A DNA stretch of 64,000 nt. Source: an uncultured Gammaproteobacteria bacterium. Its GTDB lineage: Bacteria > Patescibacteriota > Patescibacteriia > UBA1558 > GWA2-36-10. The stretch covers positions 1,607 to 65,606 of the forward strand of contig CAZRZA010000002.1 of NCBI GenBank assembly GCA_964604515.1. Reading direction: 5' to 3'. How positions within the stretch are numbered: position 1 is the first letter of the stretch; every line of letters starts with the position of its first letter. Under the pieces are notes generated by a model that saw only the letters and a list, made by a program, of their open reading frames with translations, was not told the DNA's origin and searched no databases. Below, piece by piece: positions 10,239 to 19,755 of this stretch. Both the position numbers and the translations under genes were made by a program.

Positions 10239-11021
10239 ATGGAAAAAGATATAATAGTATTAGATTTAGAAACTAAAAAGACTTTTGATGAAGTTGGTGG
10301 TCAAGAGAATAGACATCTTTTGGGGGTGACCGTTGTCGGAGTATATTCATATCAAAGAGATGAATATCGTGCTTTTAGAGAAGAAGAGTTCACAGAACTT
10401 TTAGAATTATTAAAGAACACCAAATTAGTAATAGGCTTTAATAGTATTAGTTTTGATTTTACTGTTCTACAACCTTATTATAAAGAATTTGACTTAAGCA
10501 CTATACCCCATTTAGACATCCTTAAAGAAATATATGATATTTTAGGGTTTAGACTTAAATTAGAATCAGTTGCTCAAACTACCTTAGGTTATGGTAAATC
10601 AGGTAATGGTTTAGATGCTATTATCTATCATCGTAATAATGAATGGGACAAATTAATTAAATATTGTTTAGATGACGTAAAAGTAACTAAAGAATTATAT
10701 GAATATGGTTTGAATCATGGACATATTTGGTATACTAACTCCGGCCAGAAGACAAAGATTAATAGTTCTTGGTCTAATGGTGATCAGAAAATATCTGATA
10801 AAGTAATAGTAGCCTTTAAGAAGGGAGAGCAAATATTAATAGATTATATGGATAGCAGTGGTAATATTACCCAAAGAAAAATAGACATTCAAAGTATTAA
10901 TAGTAATAAAATAAAAGCTTTTTGTCATTTAAGAGATGCTATTAGACTATTTGATTTAGATAGAATAAAGAAAATAGAAACTAGTGGTAAAATGGCTAAT
11001 TGGCAAGACAGTTTATTATAA
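10239..11021 (+). CDS. DEDD-family 3'-5' exonuclease (DnaQ/RNase T-like) fused to C-terminal WYL domain
   Basis: Exo I DLET, Exo II FNSISFDFTVL, Exo III YCLDDV; C-terminus ILIDYMDSSGNITQRKIDIQSI...KAFCHLRDAIRLFDLDRI matches the WYL-domain signature (compare PafC ...WYLVAHCHLRGDVRTFRLDRI); start 13 nt after uvrD stop. Confidence 0.7.
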   Translation: MEKDIIVLDLETKKTFDEVGGQENRHLLGVTVVGVYSYQRDEYRAFREEEFTELLELLKNTKLVIGFNSISFDFTVLQPYYKEFDLSTIPHLDILKEIYDILGFRLKLESVAQTTLGYGKSGNGLDAIIYHRNNEWDKLIKYCLDDVKVTKELYEYGLNHGHIWYTNSGQKTKINSSWSNGDQKISDKVIVAFKKGEQILIDYMDSSGNITQRKIDIQSINSNKIKAFCHLRDAIRLFDLDRIKKIETSGKMANWQDSLL

Positions 11022-11037
11022 GTTATTAAAGATTTAT

Positions 11038-13188
11038 ATGAAGAAAGTAAATATAAAAATATCAGGAATGCATTGTGCTTCTTGTGCTCTTACTATAGAA
11101 AAGAATATTAAAAAAGAAAAAGGTATTAAAGAGGCTAGTGTTAATTATGCTAATAGTAAGGCCTATTTAAAATATGATGAAAATAAAATTAAAGAAAAAG
11201 ATTTAGAAAATATAATTATTAATTCTGGGGACTATAAAATAGTTAAAGGTAATGAAGAAGATTTAATAAAAAAAGCATATTTAAAATTTATTTATTCTTT
11301 GATATTAACTTTACCTTTATTTTTATCAATGTTCTATACTTATCATTTTAATATTAAATATTTTGGTATAGACCTAGAAATTTGGTTAGCTCATCACTTA
11401 GCCTTTCTAATTGTTTTTATTATTGGTAAACAATTTCATAGAGGAATGTTTAGTCAGTTAAAAAGATTTAAAGCTAATATGGATACTCTTATTTCTTTAG
11501 GTACTATCTCTGCTTATCTTTATAGTGTTTATGCTATGATTAATAATCAGGCCGTTTATTACGAAACAGCCGGCACTATTATTACTTTAATATTATTAGG
11601 AAAGTATTTAGAAGAAAAAAGTAAAGGTAAAGCTTCTTTAGCTATAAAGAAATTATTATCTTTAACCGTTAAAAAGGGCAGGGTATTAATTAATAGTAAA
11701 GAAGAAGAAAAGGACATTGAATTAATAAAAGTAGGGGATATACTTTTAATAAAAGTAGGAGAAAAAATACCTTTAGATGGAGAAATAATAGAAGGAGAAA
11801 CAGCTATAGATGAATCCATGTTAACTGGAGAGTCTATACCAGTAGAAAAAAAAGAAGGAGACATAGTATATGGAGCTACCATTAATAATCAAGGTATTAT
11901 TAAAGTAAAAGTTACTAAAATAAATCAAGATACTGCTTTGGCTCAAATTATTAAATTGGTTGAGAATGCTCAAGCCTCTAAAGCACCGATACAAAAATTA
12001 GCAGATAAAGTTTCTGGTATTTTTGTCCCAGTAGTAATAGTTATTTCTATTTTAACTTTTATTATTTGGTTTTTTATATTTAATACTTCTTTAGAGATTA
12101 GTATTATAAACGCAGTCGCTGTTTTGGTAATAGCTTGTCCTTGTGCTTTGGGATTAGCAACCCCTACTGCTATTATGGTTGGTAGTGGCAAAGGATCTTC
12201 TCAGGGTATTTTAATTAAAGATTCTCAAAGCTTAGAAATAGCTCATAAAGTTGATACTATAGTTTTTGATAAAACAGGAACATTAACAGAAGGTAAATTA
12301 AGCGTTACTGATATTAATACAGTTTCTCATGATTTAAACACAAGTCAATTAATGACCCTAGCTTATTCTTTAGAAAATAGTAGTGAACACTCTTTGGCTT
12401 CAGCTTTTATTAAATATGGTCAAGAGAATAAATTAAAATTAAAAGAAGTAAATAAAGTTGAAATTTTAAGAGGCAGAGGATTAAAGGGCAATGTAGATAA
12501 TAAAGAAATATATTTAGGAAATACTAAATTAGTAAAAGAATTAAAAATAGAGCTAAATCCTGTTTATGAAGTAGCTTTTGAACAATATGCTCAAGAGGGA
12601 AAAACCTCTATTTATTTTATTAAAGATAATAAAGTTTCAGGAGTAATAGCTGTGGTTGATATTCTTAGAAAAAATTCTCAGAAATTAATAGAAAGACTTC
12701 CTAGTAATATAGAAACTTATATTTTAAGCGGTGATCATCAGAAAACAGTTCAAGCTATGGCTCAGAAATTAAAAATTAAAAATATTATTGCTGAAGTATT
12801 ACCAGAACAAAAAGTAAAAGAAATAAGTAAATTACAAGAAGAAGGTAAGGTAGTAGCTTTTATCGGAGATGGCATTAATGATGCCCCAGCCCTTATTCAA
12901 GCTAATTTAGGAATAGCTGTTGGCAGTGGAACAGACATAGCCTTAGAATCTGGTAATATTGTTTTAATAGACAGTAATCCTTTAAAAATTATTTCTGCTA
13001 TTAATTTATCTAAAAAAACATTTAAAATAATTAAACAAAACTTATTCTTTGCTTTTTTCTATAATAGTATAGCTATTCCTTTAGCAGCCTTGGGATTATT
13101 AAATCCGATGATAGCTGCTTTAGCTATGAGCTTCTCTTCAGTTTCGGTAATAGTAAATAGTTTAAGGATTAAAACTATTGAATTATAA
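11038..13188 (+). CDS. copA: copper/heavy-metal translocating P-type ATPase
   Basis: N-terminal HMA domain GMHCASC, CPC motif in TM6 (ACPCALGLATP), DKTGTLT phosphorylation site, GDGINDAPAL hinge. Confidence 0.9.
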   Translation: MKKVNIKISGMHCASCALTIEKNIKKEKGIKEASVNYANSKAYLKYDENKIKEKDLENIIINSGDYKIVKGNEEDLIKKAYLKFIYSLILTLPLFLSMFYTYHFNIKYFGIDLEIWLAHHLAFLIVFIIGKQFHRGMFSQLKRFKANMDTLISLGTISAYLYSVYAMINNQAVYYETAGTIITLILLGKYLEEKSKGKASLAIKKLLSLTVKKGRVLINSKEEEKDIELIKVGDILLIKVGEKIPLDGEIIEGETAIDESMLTGESIPVEKKEGDIVYGATINNQGIIKVKVTKINQDTALAQIIKLVENAQASKAPIQKLADKVSGIFVPVVIVISILTFIIWFFIFNTSLEISIINAVAVLVIACPCALGLATPTAIMVGSGKGSSQGILIKDSQSLEIAHKVDTIVFDKTGTLTEGKLSVTDINTVSHDLNTSQLMTLAYSLENSSEHSLASAFIKYGQENKLKLKEVNKVEILRGRGLKGNVDNKEIYLGNTKLVKELKIELNPVYEVAFEQYAQEGKTSIYFIKDNKVSGVIAVVDILRKNSQKLIERLPSNIETYILSGDHQKTVQAMAQKLKIKNIIAEVLPEQKVKEISKLQEEGKVVAFIGDGINDAPALIQANLGIAVGSGTDIALESGNIVLIDSNPLKIISAINLSKKTFKIIKQNLFFAFFYNSIAIPLAALGLLNPMIAALAMSFSSVSVIVNSLRIKTIEL

Positions 13189-13218
13189 GTTGACATAACT
13201 TGTATTATATTCTAAATT

Positions 13219-13247
13219 AAACTACTCTTAAAAAGAGTAGTTTTTTG
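13219..13247 (+). terminator. Rho-independent terminator after copA
   Basis: Perfect hairpin aactactctt-aaaa-agagtagtt followed by T6. Confidence 0.65.
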
Positions 13248-13270
13248 AAATTAAAATAAAGGAGAAGAAA

Positions 13271-14131
13271 ATGATTAAGGTTAAAGATCTTAAAAAAAAG
13301 ATTAAGCAACTTCAGAAAAAGGTTATTTCTTTAGGAAAAAAAGAGAAGAAAGCCAGAGATCGTTGGAACAAGGCACATAATAAATTTATTAAATCTACTG
13401 GAGATTTAGTGACCATTAAAAGACATGGTACTAAAAAGGAAAGTAAATTAAAAGATATTATTTTGTCTTGGCCAGAAAAATCTATTTTTTTAACAAGTAA
13501 GCGTGATCAAATTAGGAATGATATTTCTGATATTAAAAAACAAATTGATAATTTAAAAAATAAATTATCAGAACTCGTTAAAGACATTGAATCACAGAGC
13601 AAAGAAATAGATGAAAAAGTTAATCAAGTTTTTGCGGCTAATAAAATTGTGATTTCAGCCATAGAAGCGAGAGATTCTTTTTTAGAAAACCATGTTTATA
13701 ATAAACTAGTTGATGAAAACGGTAAAATAAAATCTCAGGTAACTCTTTTAAGTTCTGATGGTAAACGTAAAGTAGTTGTTTTAACCAATACTATTGTTAT
13801 CATTAATCCTGATTTAGCAATTTTAGCCCAAAAGAAGATTGAAAATTTCTTTAGTACCTTTAAAGAAAAAATTGAATCTGAAATGGACAGTGAAACAAAA
13901 TTACTTTATAAAATTGTTTCAGAACTACTAATTGAGAAAAAGAGCTTTAAACCAGGTCAGTATTTATATCAGTTTTTAAATATTAATATTGGCCAAGAAA
14001 GTTACCCTGAATTATATGAAGCGCAAACTTTATTAAAACAAAGTTTAGGTTCTAAAAAGTCAGGTACTTATATAAAACTTTATGAAAGATTTGGTATTAA
14101 AAATTCTTTCAAGCCTTTGAGAACAAAGTGA
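13271..14131 (+). CDS. hypothetical coiled-coil protein
   Basis: 286-aa ORF with strong SD (aaggag), K-rich N-terminus and coiled-coil heptads; no confident family assignment. Confidence 0.35.
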   Translation: MIKVKDLKKKIKQLQKKVISLGKKEKKARDRWNKAHNKFIKSTGDLVTIKRHGTKKESKLKDIILSWPEKSIFLTSKRDQIRNDISDIKKQIDNLKNKLSELVKDIESQSKEIDEKVNQVFAANKIVISAIEARDSFLENHVYNKLVDENGKIKSQVTLLSSDGKRKVVVLTNTIVIINPDLAILAQKKIENFFSTFKEKIESEMDSETKLLYKIVSELLIEKKSFKPGQYLYQFLNINIGQESYPELYEAQTLLKQSLGSKKSGTYIKLYERFGIKNSFKPLRTK

Positions 14132-14213
14132 TTAATCAAAAAAGGGATATTCAACTTTTAAGTATAAAGAATCTATTTGATAAAGAACGAAGTAATCAAT
14201 CAAAAAAGGGATA

Positions 14214-15059
14214 TTATTTAATATCCCTTTTTATTTTATATAATTTTAAAGTATTATATAAGAGCATGGCGACGGTCATTGGGCCTACTCCTCCGGGGAC
14301 AGGAGTAATATGGCTTACTTTTTCAAAGACATCAGTATAATCAACATCTCCAACTATATGTTTTTGATCTATTTTATTAGTACCAATATCAATAATAATA
14401 CTATTTTTTTTAACCATTTCTTTTTTAATAAAGAAAGGATTGCCAATAGCAGCTATTAAAATGTCTGCTTCTTTACTTAATTCAGATAGATTAGTAATAC
14501 TAGGTTTTATTATTTTAGTATGTATATTTTTATCCTCTAATAATTTTTTTAAAGGCTTATAAAAAACATCAGATTTAGAAATAATTAAAGCTTCTTTATT
14601 CTTTAAATCTTCTTTAGTAGCTTCTAATAATTTAATAATACCCAAGGGTAAACCAGGAACAAAAGTATTTTTATTATCTAATATTTTTTCAATATTTTTA
14701 GGATGAAAACCATCAGCATCTTTGTTTATATCAATAGCTTCTATTATTTTATCTGTATTTAAGTGTTTTGGTAATGGTAATTGTATTAAGATAGCATCTG
14801 TATGTTTATCTTTATTAAGAAAGTCTATAGTTTCTAAAACATGTTCTTCTGAAACATCTTTAATCATTAAATATTCATGAAACTCTATACCTACTTTCTG
14901 ACAAGCTTTCTTTTTTAAATTAACATATAAATTAGAAGCAGGGTCTTCTCCAATTAAAATAACAGCTAAATTTGGTTCTAAACTTTTTTGTCTTATTTCT
15001 ACACCTATTTCTTTTTGTATATCTTTAGCTATACTTCTGCCGTCTATTATTTCTGCCAT
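14214..15059 (-). CDS. folD: bifunctional methylenetetrahydrofolate dehydrogenase/cyclohydrolase
   Basis: FolD motifs (ILIQLPLP, NPDxDGFH, TPVPGGVGPMTVAMLL). Confidence 0.9.
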   Translation of the reverse strand: MAEIIDGRSIAKDIQKEIGVEIRQKSLEPNLAVILIGEDPASNLYVNLKKKACQKVGIEFHEYLMIKDVSEEHVLETIDFLNKDKHTDAILIQLPLPKHLNTDKIIEAIDINKDADGFHPKNIEKILDNKNTFVPGLPLGIIKLLEATKEDLKNKEALIISKSDVFYKPLKKLLEDKNIHTKIIKPSITNLSELSKEADILIAAIGNPFFIKKEMVKKNSIIIDIGTNKIDQKHIVGDVDYTDVFEKVSHITPVPGGVGPMTVAMLLYNTLKLYKIKRDIK

Positions 15060-15060
15060 A

Positions 15061-16317
15061 TTATAGTTCTTTATATAAAGGAAAATTATCCATTAATTCT
15101 AATGCTTTATTTTTATTATCTTCTGTTGCTTTTTTATTCTTTAGAGTATCAATAATTAAATCAGCTATTATCTCCATTTCTTTTTCTTTTAATCCTCTAG
15201 TCGTTAAAGCAGGCGTACCTAGTCTAATACCAGAAGGATCCATAGGCTTCCTTTTGTCAAAAGGTATCATATTTTTATTAACAAAAATATAGATATTTTC
15301 TAAAAGACTTTCTGCTTCTTGACCGGATAAATCTAAATTGCTCATATCTAATAATAGTAAATGATTATCTGTTCCTCCGGAGATAATTCTTAATCCTGCT
15401 TCCTTAAATCTATTCTCTAGTATCTTAGCATTCTTGATTACTTGTTTTTGATAATCTATAAATTCTGGTTGTAAGGCTTCTTGAAAAGCAACTGCTTTCG
15501 CTGCAATAATATGTTCTAGAGGACCACCTTGCATTCCAGGAAAAACAGCAGAGTCTATTTTCTGAGCTAAACTCTTTTTACCCTCAGGATTTAATCTGTC
15601 TTCTTTCTTTGATAAAATCATTGCTCCTCTAGGACCTCTTAATGTCTTATGAGTAGTAGTGGTTATAATATCTGCCACATCTATTGGACTATTATGGAGC
15701 TTAGCAGCTATTAATCCAGCAATATGAGCCATATCAACCATTAAGTATGCTTGAACTTCATCTGCTATTTTTTTAAATTTAATAAAGTCTATTTCTCTGC
15801 TATAAGCGGAAGCTCCGGCTAATATTATTTTAGGTTTATGAACTAAAGCTTGATTCCTTACTTCATTAAAATCTATTAATTCTGTTTTTTTATCAACTCC
15901 ATAAGAAACAAAGTTGTAAAACTTACCAGAAAAATTAACAGGATGACCATGAGTTAAATGACCACCATGTGCTAAAGAAAAACCTAAGATAGTTTCATGT
16001 AATTCAGCTAAAGCAAAATAGGCTTCCATATTAGCACTAGAACCAGAATGAGGTTGAACATTAACATGTTCTGCTCCAAATAATTCTTTGGCTCTGGCTA
16101 TGGCTAAAGACTCAGCTTGATCTATATATTTATTACCACCATAGTATCTCTTATGAGGATAACCTTCGGCATACTTATTAGTTAAAATACTGCCAGCTGC
16201 TTCTAAAACAGAAGGAGAAACAAAGTTTTCAGAGGCTATCATTTCTGCTCCTATTCTTTGTCTTTTTAATTCTTTCTCAATTATTTCTGAGATTTGTTTA
16301 TCTTTTATATTATTCAT
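15061..16317 (-). CDS. glyA: serine hydroxymethyltransferase
   Basis: SHMT motifs (LIASENF, YYGG, PLP lysine region [13 protein letters not shown]). Confidence 0.95.
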   Translation of the reverse strand: MNNIKDKQISEIIEKELKRQRIGAEMIASENFVSPSVLEAAGSILTNKYAEGYPHKRYYGGNKYIDQAESLAIARAKELFGAEHVNVQPHSGSSANMEAYFALAELHETILGFSLAHGGHLTHGHPVNFSGKFYNFVSYGVDKKTELIDFNEVRNQALVHKPKIILAGASAYSREIDFIKFKKIADEVQAYLMVDMAHIAGLIAAKLHNSPIDVADIITTTTHKTLRGPRGAMILSKKEDRLNPEGKKSLAQKIDSAVFPGMQGGPLEHIIAAKAVAFQEALQPEFIDYQKQVIKNAKILENRFKEAGLRIISGGTDNHLLLLDMSNLDLSGQEAESLLENIYIFVNKNMIPFDKRKPMDPSGIRLGTPALTTRGLKEKEMEIIADLIIDTLKNKKATEDNKNKALELMDNFPLYKEL

Positions 16318-16361
16318 AATATATATACTACCATATTTATCTTTTTAGACAATACTATTTA

Positions 16362-16370
16362 TGGTATACT
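16362..16370 (+). promoter_or_regulatory. extended -10 promoter (TGgTATACT)
   Basis: tggtatact upstream of the small membrane-protein ORF; same extended -10 architecture recurs at 16586, 20454 and 21817. Confidence 0.35.
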
Positions 16371-16396
16371 ATATTTATAATAATTTAAGAAAAAAT

Positions 16397-16564
16397 ATGA
16401 AAAATGAAAAAGTAAGAGTAGGGTTATTTTATTTAGCTATGGTTATTGTTATTGGTAGTCATTTATACATGCTAGCCGCTGGTTTACCAGCAGAGCAAAT
16501 GACAGCTCATGCGGTTTTAAATATAGTAGCGGGTATTATATTTGGTGTAGTTTATTATAGATAA
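16397..16564 (+). CDS. small two-TM membrane protein
   Basis: 55-aa ORF MKNEKVRVGLFYLAMVIVIG...IFGVVYYR; start placed after the promoter-like element inside the longer six-frame ORF. Confidence 0.35.
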   Translation: MKNEKVRVGLFYLAMVIVIGSHLYMLAAGLPAEQMTAHAVLNIVAGIIFGVVYYR

Positions 16565-16565
16565 C

Positions 16566-16594
16566 ATTTGTGGGGGGGGGTAAACATGGTATAC
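16566..16594 (+). promoter_or_regulatory. promoter with G8 homopolymer tract in the spacer immediately upstream of an extended -10 (TGgTATACT)
   Basis: ttgtggggggggtaaacatggtatact; G8 at 16572-16579, -10 at 16589-16594. Confidence 0.4.
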
Positions 16595-16623
16595 TATTCT
16601 TATTATAAATTAATTAGAAAATT

Positions 16624-18106
16624 ATGAAAAAATTAATATCTTTTTTTTGTGGTCATAGCATTATGTTCTATATATGCTATACCAAAGGTAAGCAAAGCTT
16701 TTAGTTTTAGAGATTTATTACCTAACTTTTCTGTAAAAACAGAAGCTCAGACTAAGGATGTTGTAGTTTCTAAGGTTGATAAGGTAACCAAAGATTCTGC
16801 GGTCAATGAGTCTAGGAGTTATACAGATTCTAGATTTAATTATTTTGATTCTAGAATTAATACTTTAAATAGTAGTTTTAAGGGACTAGAGAATCAGGTT
16901 AATAATCTAGGAGATATTTCTGATACAGAAAATAATAATACTTTAGATTCTCGTAGTTTAGTAGAAAATCCTATGACTGAGAATTTGGACGGTGGTCAAA
17001 AATGGATAACAAATATTCGTCGTTTACATATAGAAAGTTCAGAGGACTCTAATGTTAATTTTCCAGGTATTCAGGTTTCTATGAATAGTCATAATGATAA
17101 TGCAATAACAGCAGAGACTCATGGTAATAATTCATATGCAGGTTATTTTAACGCTACAGGTAATAATTCATATGCCGGAAACTTTGAGGGCGATGTTAAA
17201 ATAGATGGCGACTTCAATATAAATAGAACATATACAGGATATGAAGGGGATAGCATCTTTAGTGTTTATGATGGTGATATTGTTACTGCTGGTCCAAACG
17301 TTGATATTAATGGAGCAGATTTAACTTTGAATGATGGTAATTTACACTTTAATAATATTGGGTTTCCAGCAATTAGACTAGATGATAATGTGAGCCAATT
17401 TGATATAAGATGGGATGGTAGTTCTTCTTATTATACCTTTAGCAGAGAAGGTTTAGTTATTGCTGATGGTTCATTAGATGTGTATGGTGATATAAGGTCT
17501 AGGCCTGGAAATAAGATTAAGTCTAGTAATTTTTGTGATGGTAGTGGAAATAATTGCTTTAATATTGCGACTAGTACTAGTAATATTGGTACATGGAACT
17601 TGGGCTCTAATTTAAATTTTCATGAAGCTGATTTAGTATTTAGCAGTAATTATGGATCGGGCAGTACGGCCCATATTAAGTTAGAGGATGATGTAGAAAA
17701 TCTTAGAATTGGTTGGTGGGAGTTTAATGATAATAATAATGATTATGCTAGATATAATTTTGGGCAAGATCTTTTCAGGATTTATGAGGGAGATCTTTCA
17801 CTTTATCAAGGTAGTATTGGAATAGGAACAGATAGTCCAAATAGAAATTTACATATTAAAACAAATGAGGGTGATCAATATATGAACGCTGAAATAGATA
17901 TTCAGTCTGGCGATAATAATTACTGGGGAATTTATCAGGATCATAATGATGGTTCTTTAAATTTTTGGCATGAGGACAATAGAGTAATCTTTACTAACGA
18001 AGGCATTGAAACAGATAAAATTGATTTAGGAGAATTATGTTTAGATGATATTTGTGTAGATAGTTGGGGAAAATTAAAGTTAATATTATCAAATATGACC
18101 TATTAA
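16624..18106 (+). CDS. secreted tail-fibre-like repeat protein; N-terminal signal peptide separated by a +1 frameshift in a T8 run
   Basis: ATG 16624 encodes MKKLISFF then T8 (16641-16648); removing one T gives MKKLISFFVVIALCSIYAIPKVSKA (classic signal peptide) in frame with the 485-aa GTG-initiated ORF 16649-18106; body has GNNSYAG repeats and a SIGIGTDSPNRNLHIK motif typical of phage tail-fibre/adhesin proteins. Confidence 0.55.
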
Positions 18107-18126
18107 AATATTTATTTAGCAACAAT

Positions 18127-18156
18127 AAAACAGCTCTTTTTAAAGAGCTGTTTTTA
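18127..18156. terminator. bidirectional terminator between convergent genes
   Basis: aaacagctcttt-tt-aaagagctgttt hairpin with flanking A/T runs. Confidence 0.6.
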
Positions 18157-19755
18157 GTTTAATTCTTTAGTCATATAAGTTTCTTCTATTTTATATCCTA
18201 ATTTTTTATAATATTCTCTAACTCCTATACCAGAAATAACGGCTATTTTATTTAATTTATTTTCTTTGGTTATTTCTTCTGCTTTTTGCATTAATTTTTT
18301 ACCTAAACCAACATGTTGAGTTTTACTAATTTCATCATCTTCTTTAGTATGAACTGGAATCATTTTACCATAAACATGTAATTCTCTGACTAAGGAAGAA
18401 TTAATTAATTCAGGGAATATATTCTTTTTACTATTATCATTAAATCTTAATCTTAAGAAAGCATATACTTTATTATCATATTCATAAGAAAGAAAGTATT
18501 CTAAACCCTGAGAAGCTTCGTATTTTATAATTACTAACTCTACTTTATTAATATCTTTTGTTTTACCCTTTACTTCTCGACACCTTAAACAGTGACAGGT
18601 TTGTTTTCTTTCTGCTAATTTTTTTTGTAAGTATTGTCTTAAATTAGTTACTTTATTACCAGCGATAATACTTTCTTCAGGAATATCTCTAATTAATCTA
18701 TTTATTCTAATATAGGGAGGAGTAATTAACTTAACTTTTAATAATAATTCTAATAATTCTTTTTCTGAATATGGTTTATACTTACCATCTTCATACCATT
18801 TATTTAATTGAGCATATTCATTAACTATACAAGGGTATATTTTTATTTGATCAGGTTGTAAGTCAGGAGTATTAAAAGCATATTTAAACATTTTAAGGTC
18901 TTTGTTTGGAGTAGATCCAGGTAAATCAGGCATATAATGATGATCTACCTTAAAACCGACTTCTTTTAATAATTTAGTAGCTTTAATACTATCTTCTATA
19001 GTATGACCCCTTCTAATTAATTTAAGTATTTTATTATCACTATGTTGTATTCCTAATTGTACTCTGGTACAGCCTAAATTACGAAAGTTTTTAATTTCTT
19101 TGGCATCTATATAATCAGGCCTGGTTTCTAAAGTTAATCCTATGACCTTGTACTTAGTTGTTTCATTTATCTTTTGTTCTTCTTTTAAGCTTAAGGCTTT
19201 TCTCTTTTTAGCATTAATAGTATTAGCAGCATAGAAGAGATCTCTAATAAACTTGTCTTGATAATTTTGAGAATAAAAAGACCAGGTACCTCCTAAGATA
19301 ATTAATTCTAATTTATCTACTTGATGACCATTATTTTCTAAAGCCTTAATTCTCATTACCACCTGTCTAACAGGATCAAAGAGGTTTAATTTAGCTCTCA
19401 TCGCTGCTGGTTCATTAGATAAATAGCTTTTAGGCATATCTGGTTCTGTGGGACAATAAACACAAACATGGGGACAGGATTTTTTTGGTTTAGACAAGAC
19501 AGTAATCACAGAAACACCTGATAATGTTCTAACAGATCTTTTTATTAAGTATTTTTCTAAATTAGAATTCTTCTTTAATTTATTATTTTTTACTAATTGA
19601 CGATAAGTAGAAATAAGTGTAGCTTTAGGAAGAGGTGAAATCTTATTTTTATTAAATAATTTACGAGAAGAAATCATAAAATCTCTTTGACTAGTATATT
19701 CTACTTTAGTCAAAGACTTAACTATATCTTCTATTATATTTTGCTTAATATTCAT
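18154..19755 (-). CDS. elp3: Elp3-family radical SAM tRNA wobble-uridine (cm5U) modification enzyme with C-terminal GNAT domain
   Basis: Radical-SAM cluster motif CPHVCVYCP, Elp3 central domain, C-terminal acetyltransferase motif (HVGLGKKLMQKAEEI); 533 aa like bacterial/archaeal Elp3. Confidence 0.85.
   Translation of the reverse strand: MNIKQNIIEDIVKSLTKVEYTSQRDFMISSRKLFNKNKISPLPKATLISTYRQLVKNNKLKKNSNLEKYLIKRSVRTLSGVSVITVLSKPKKSCPHVCVYCPTEPDMPKSYLSNEPAAMRAKLNLFDPVRQVVMRIKALENNGHQVDKLELIILGGTWSFYSQNYQDKFIRDLFYAANTINAKKRKALSLKEEQKINETTKYKVIGLTLETRPDYIDAKEIKNFRNLGCTRVQLGIQHSDNKILKLIRRGHTIEDSIKATKLLKEVGFKVDHHYMPDLPGSTPNKDLKMFKYAFNTPDLQPDQIKIYPCIVNEYAQLNKWYEDGKYKPYSEKELLELLLKVKLITPPYIRINRLIRDIPEESIIAGNKVTNLRQYLQKKLAERKQTCHCLRCREVKGKTKDINKVELVIIKYEASQGLEYFLSYEYDNKVYAFLRLRFNDNSKKNIFPELINSSLVRELHVYGKMIPVHTKEDDEISKTQHVGLGKKLMQKAEEITKENKLNKIAVISGIGVREYYKKLGYKIEETYMTKELN

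Noticed and set aside
13191-13216. TTGACA...TAAATT promoter-like hexamers directly after copA stop
   Set aside because: They lie upstream of the copA terminator hairpin, so any transcript would terminate immediately; probably chance match in AT-rich DNA (could alternatively be an attenuator, but no supporting evidence).
14128-14340. 70-aa plus-strand ORF overlapping the 3' end of folD
   Set aside because: Overlaps a confidently called folD on the opposite strand; no RBS; likely spurious.
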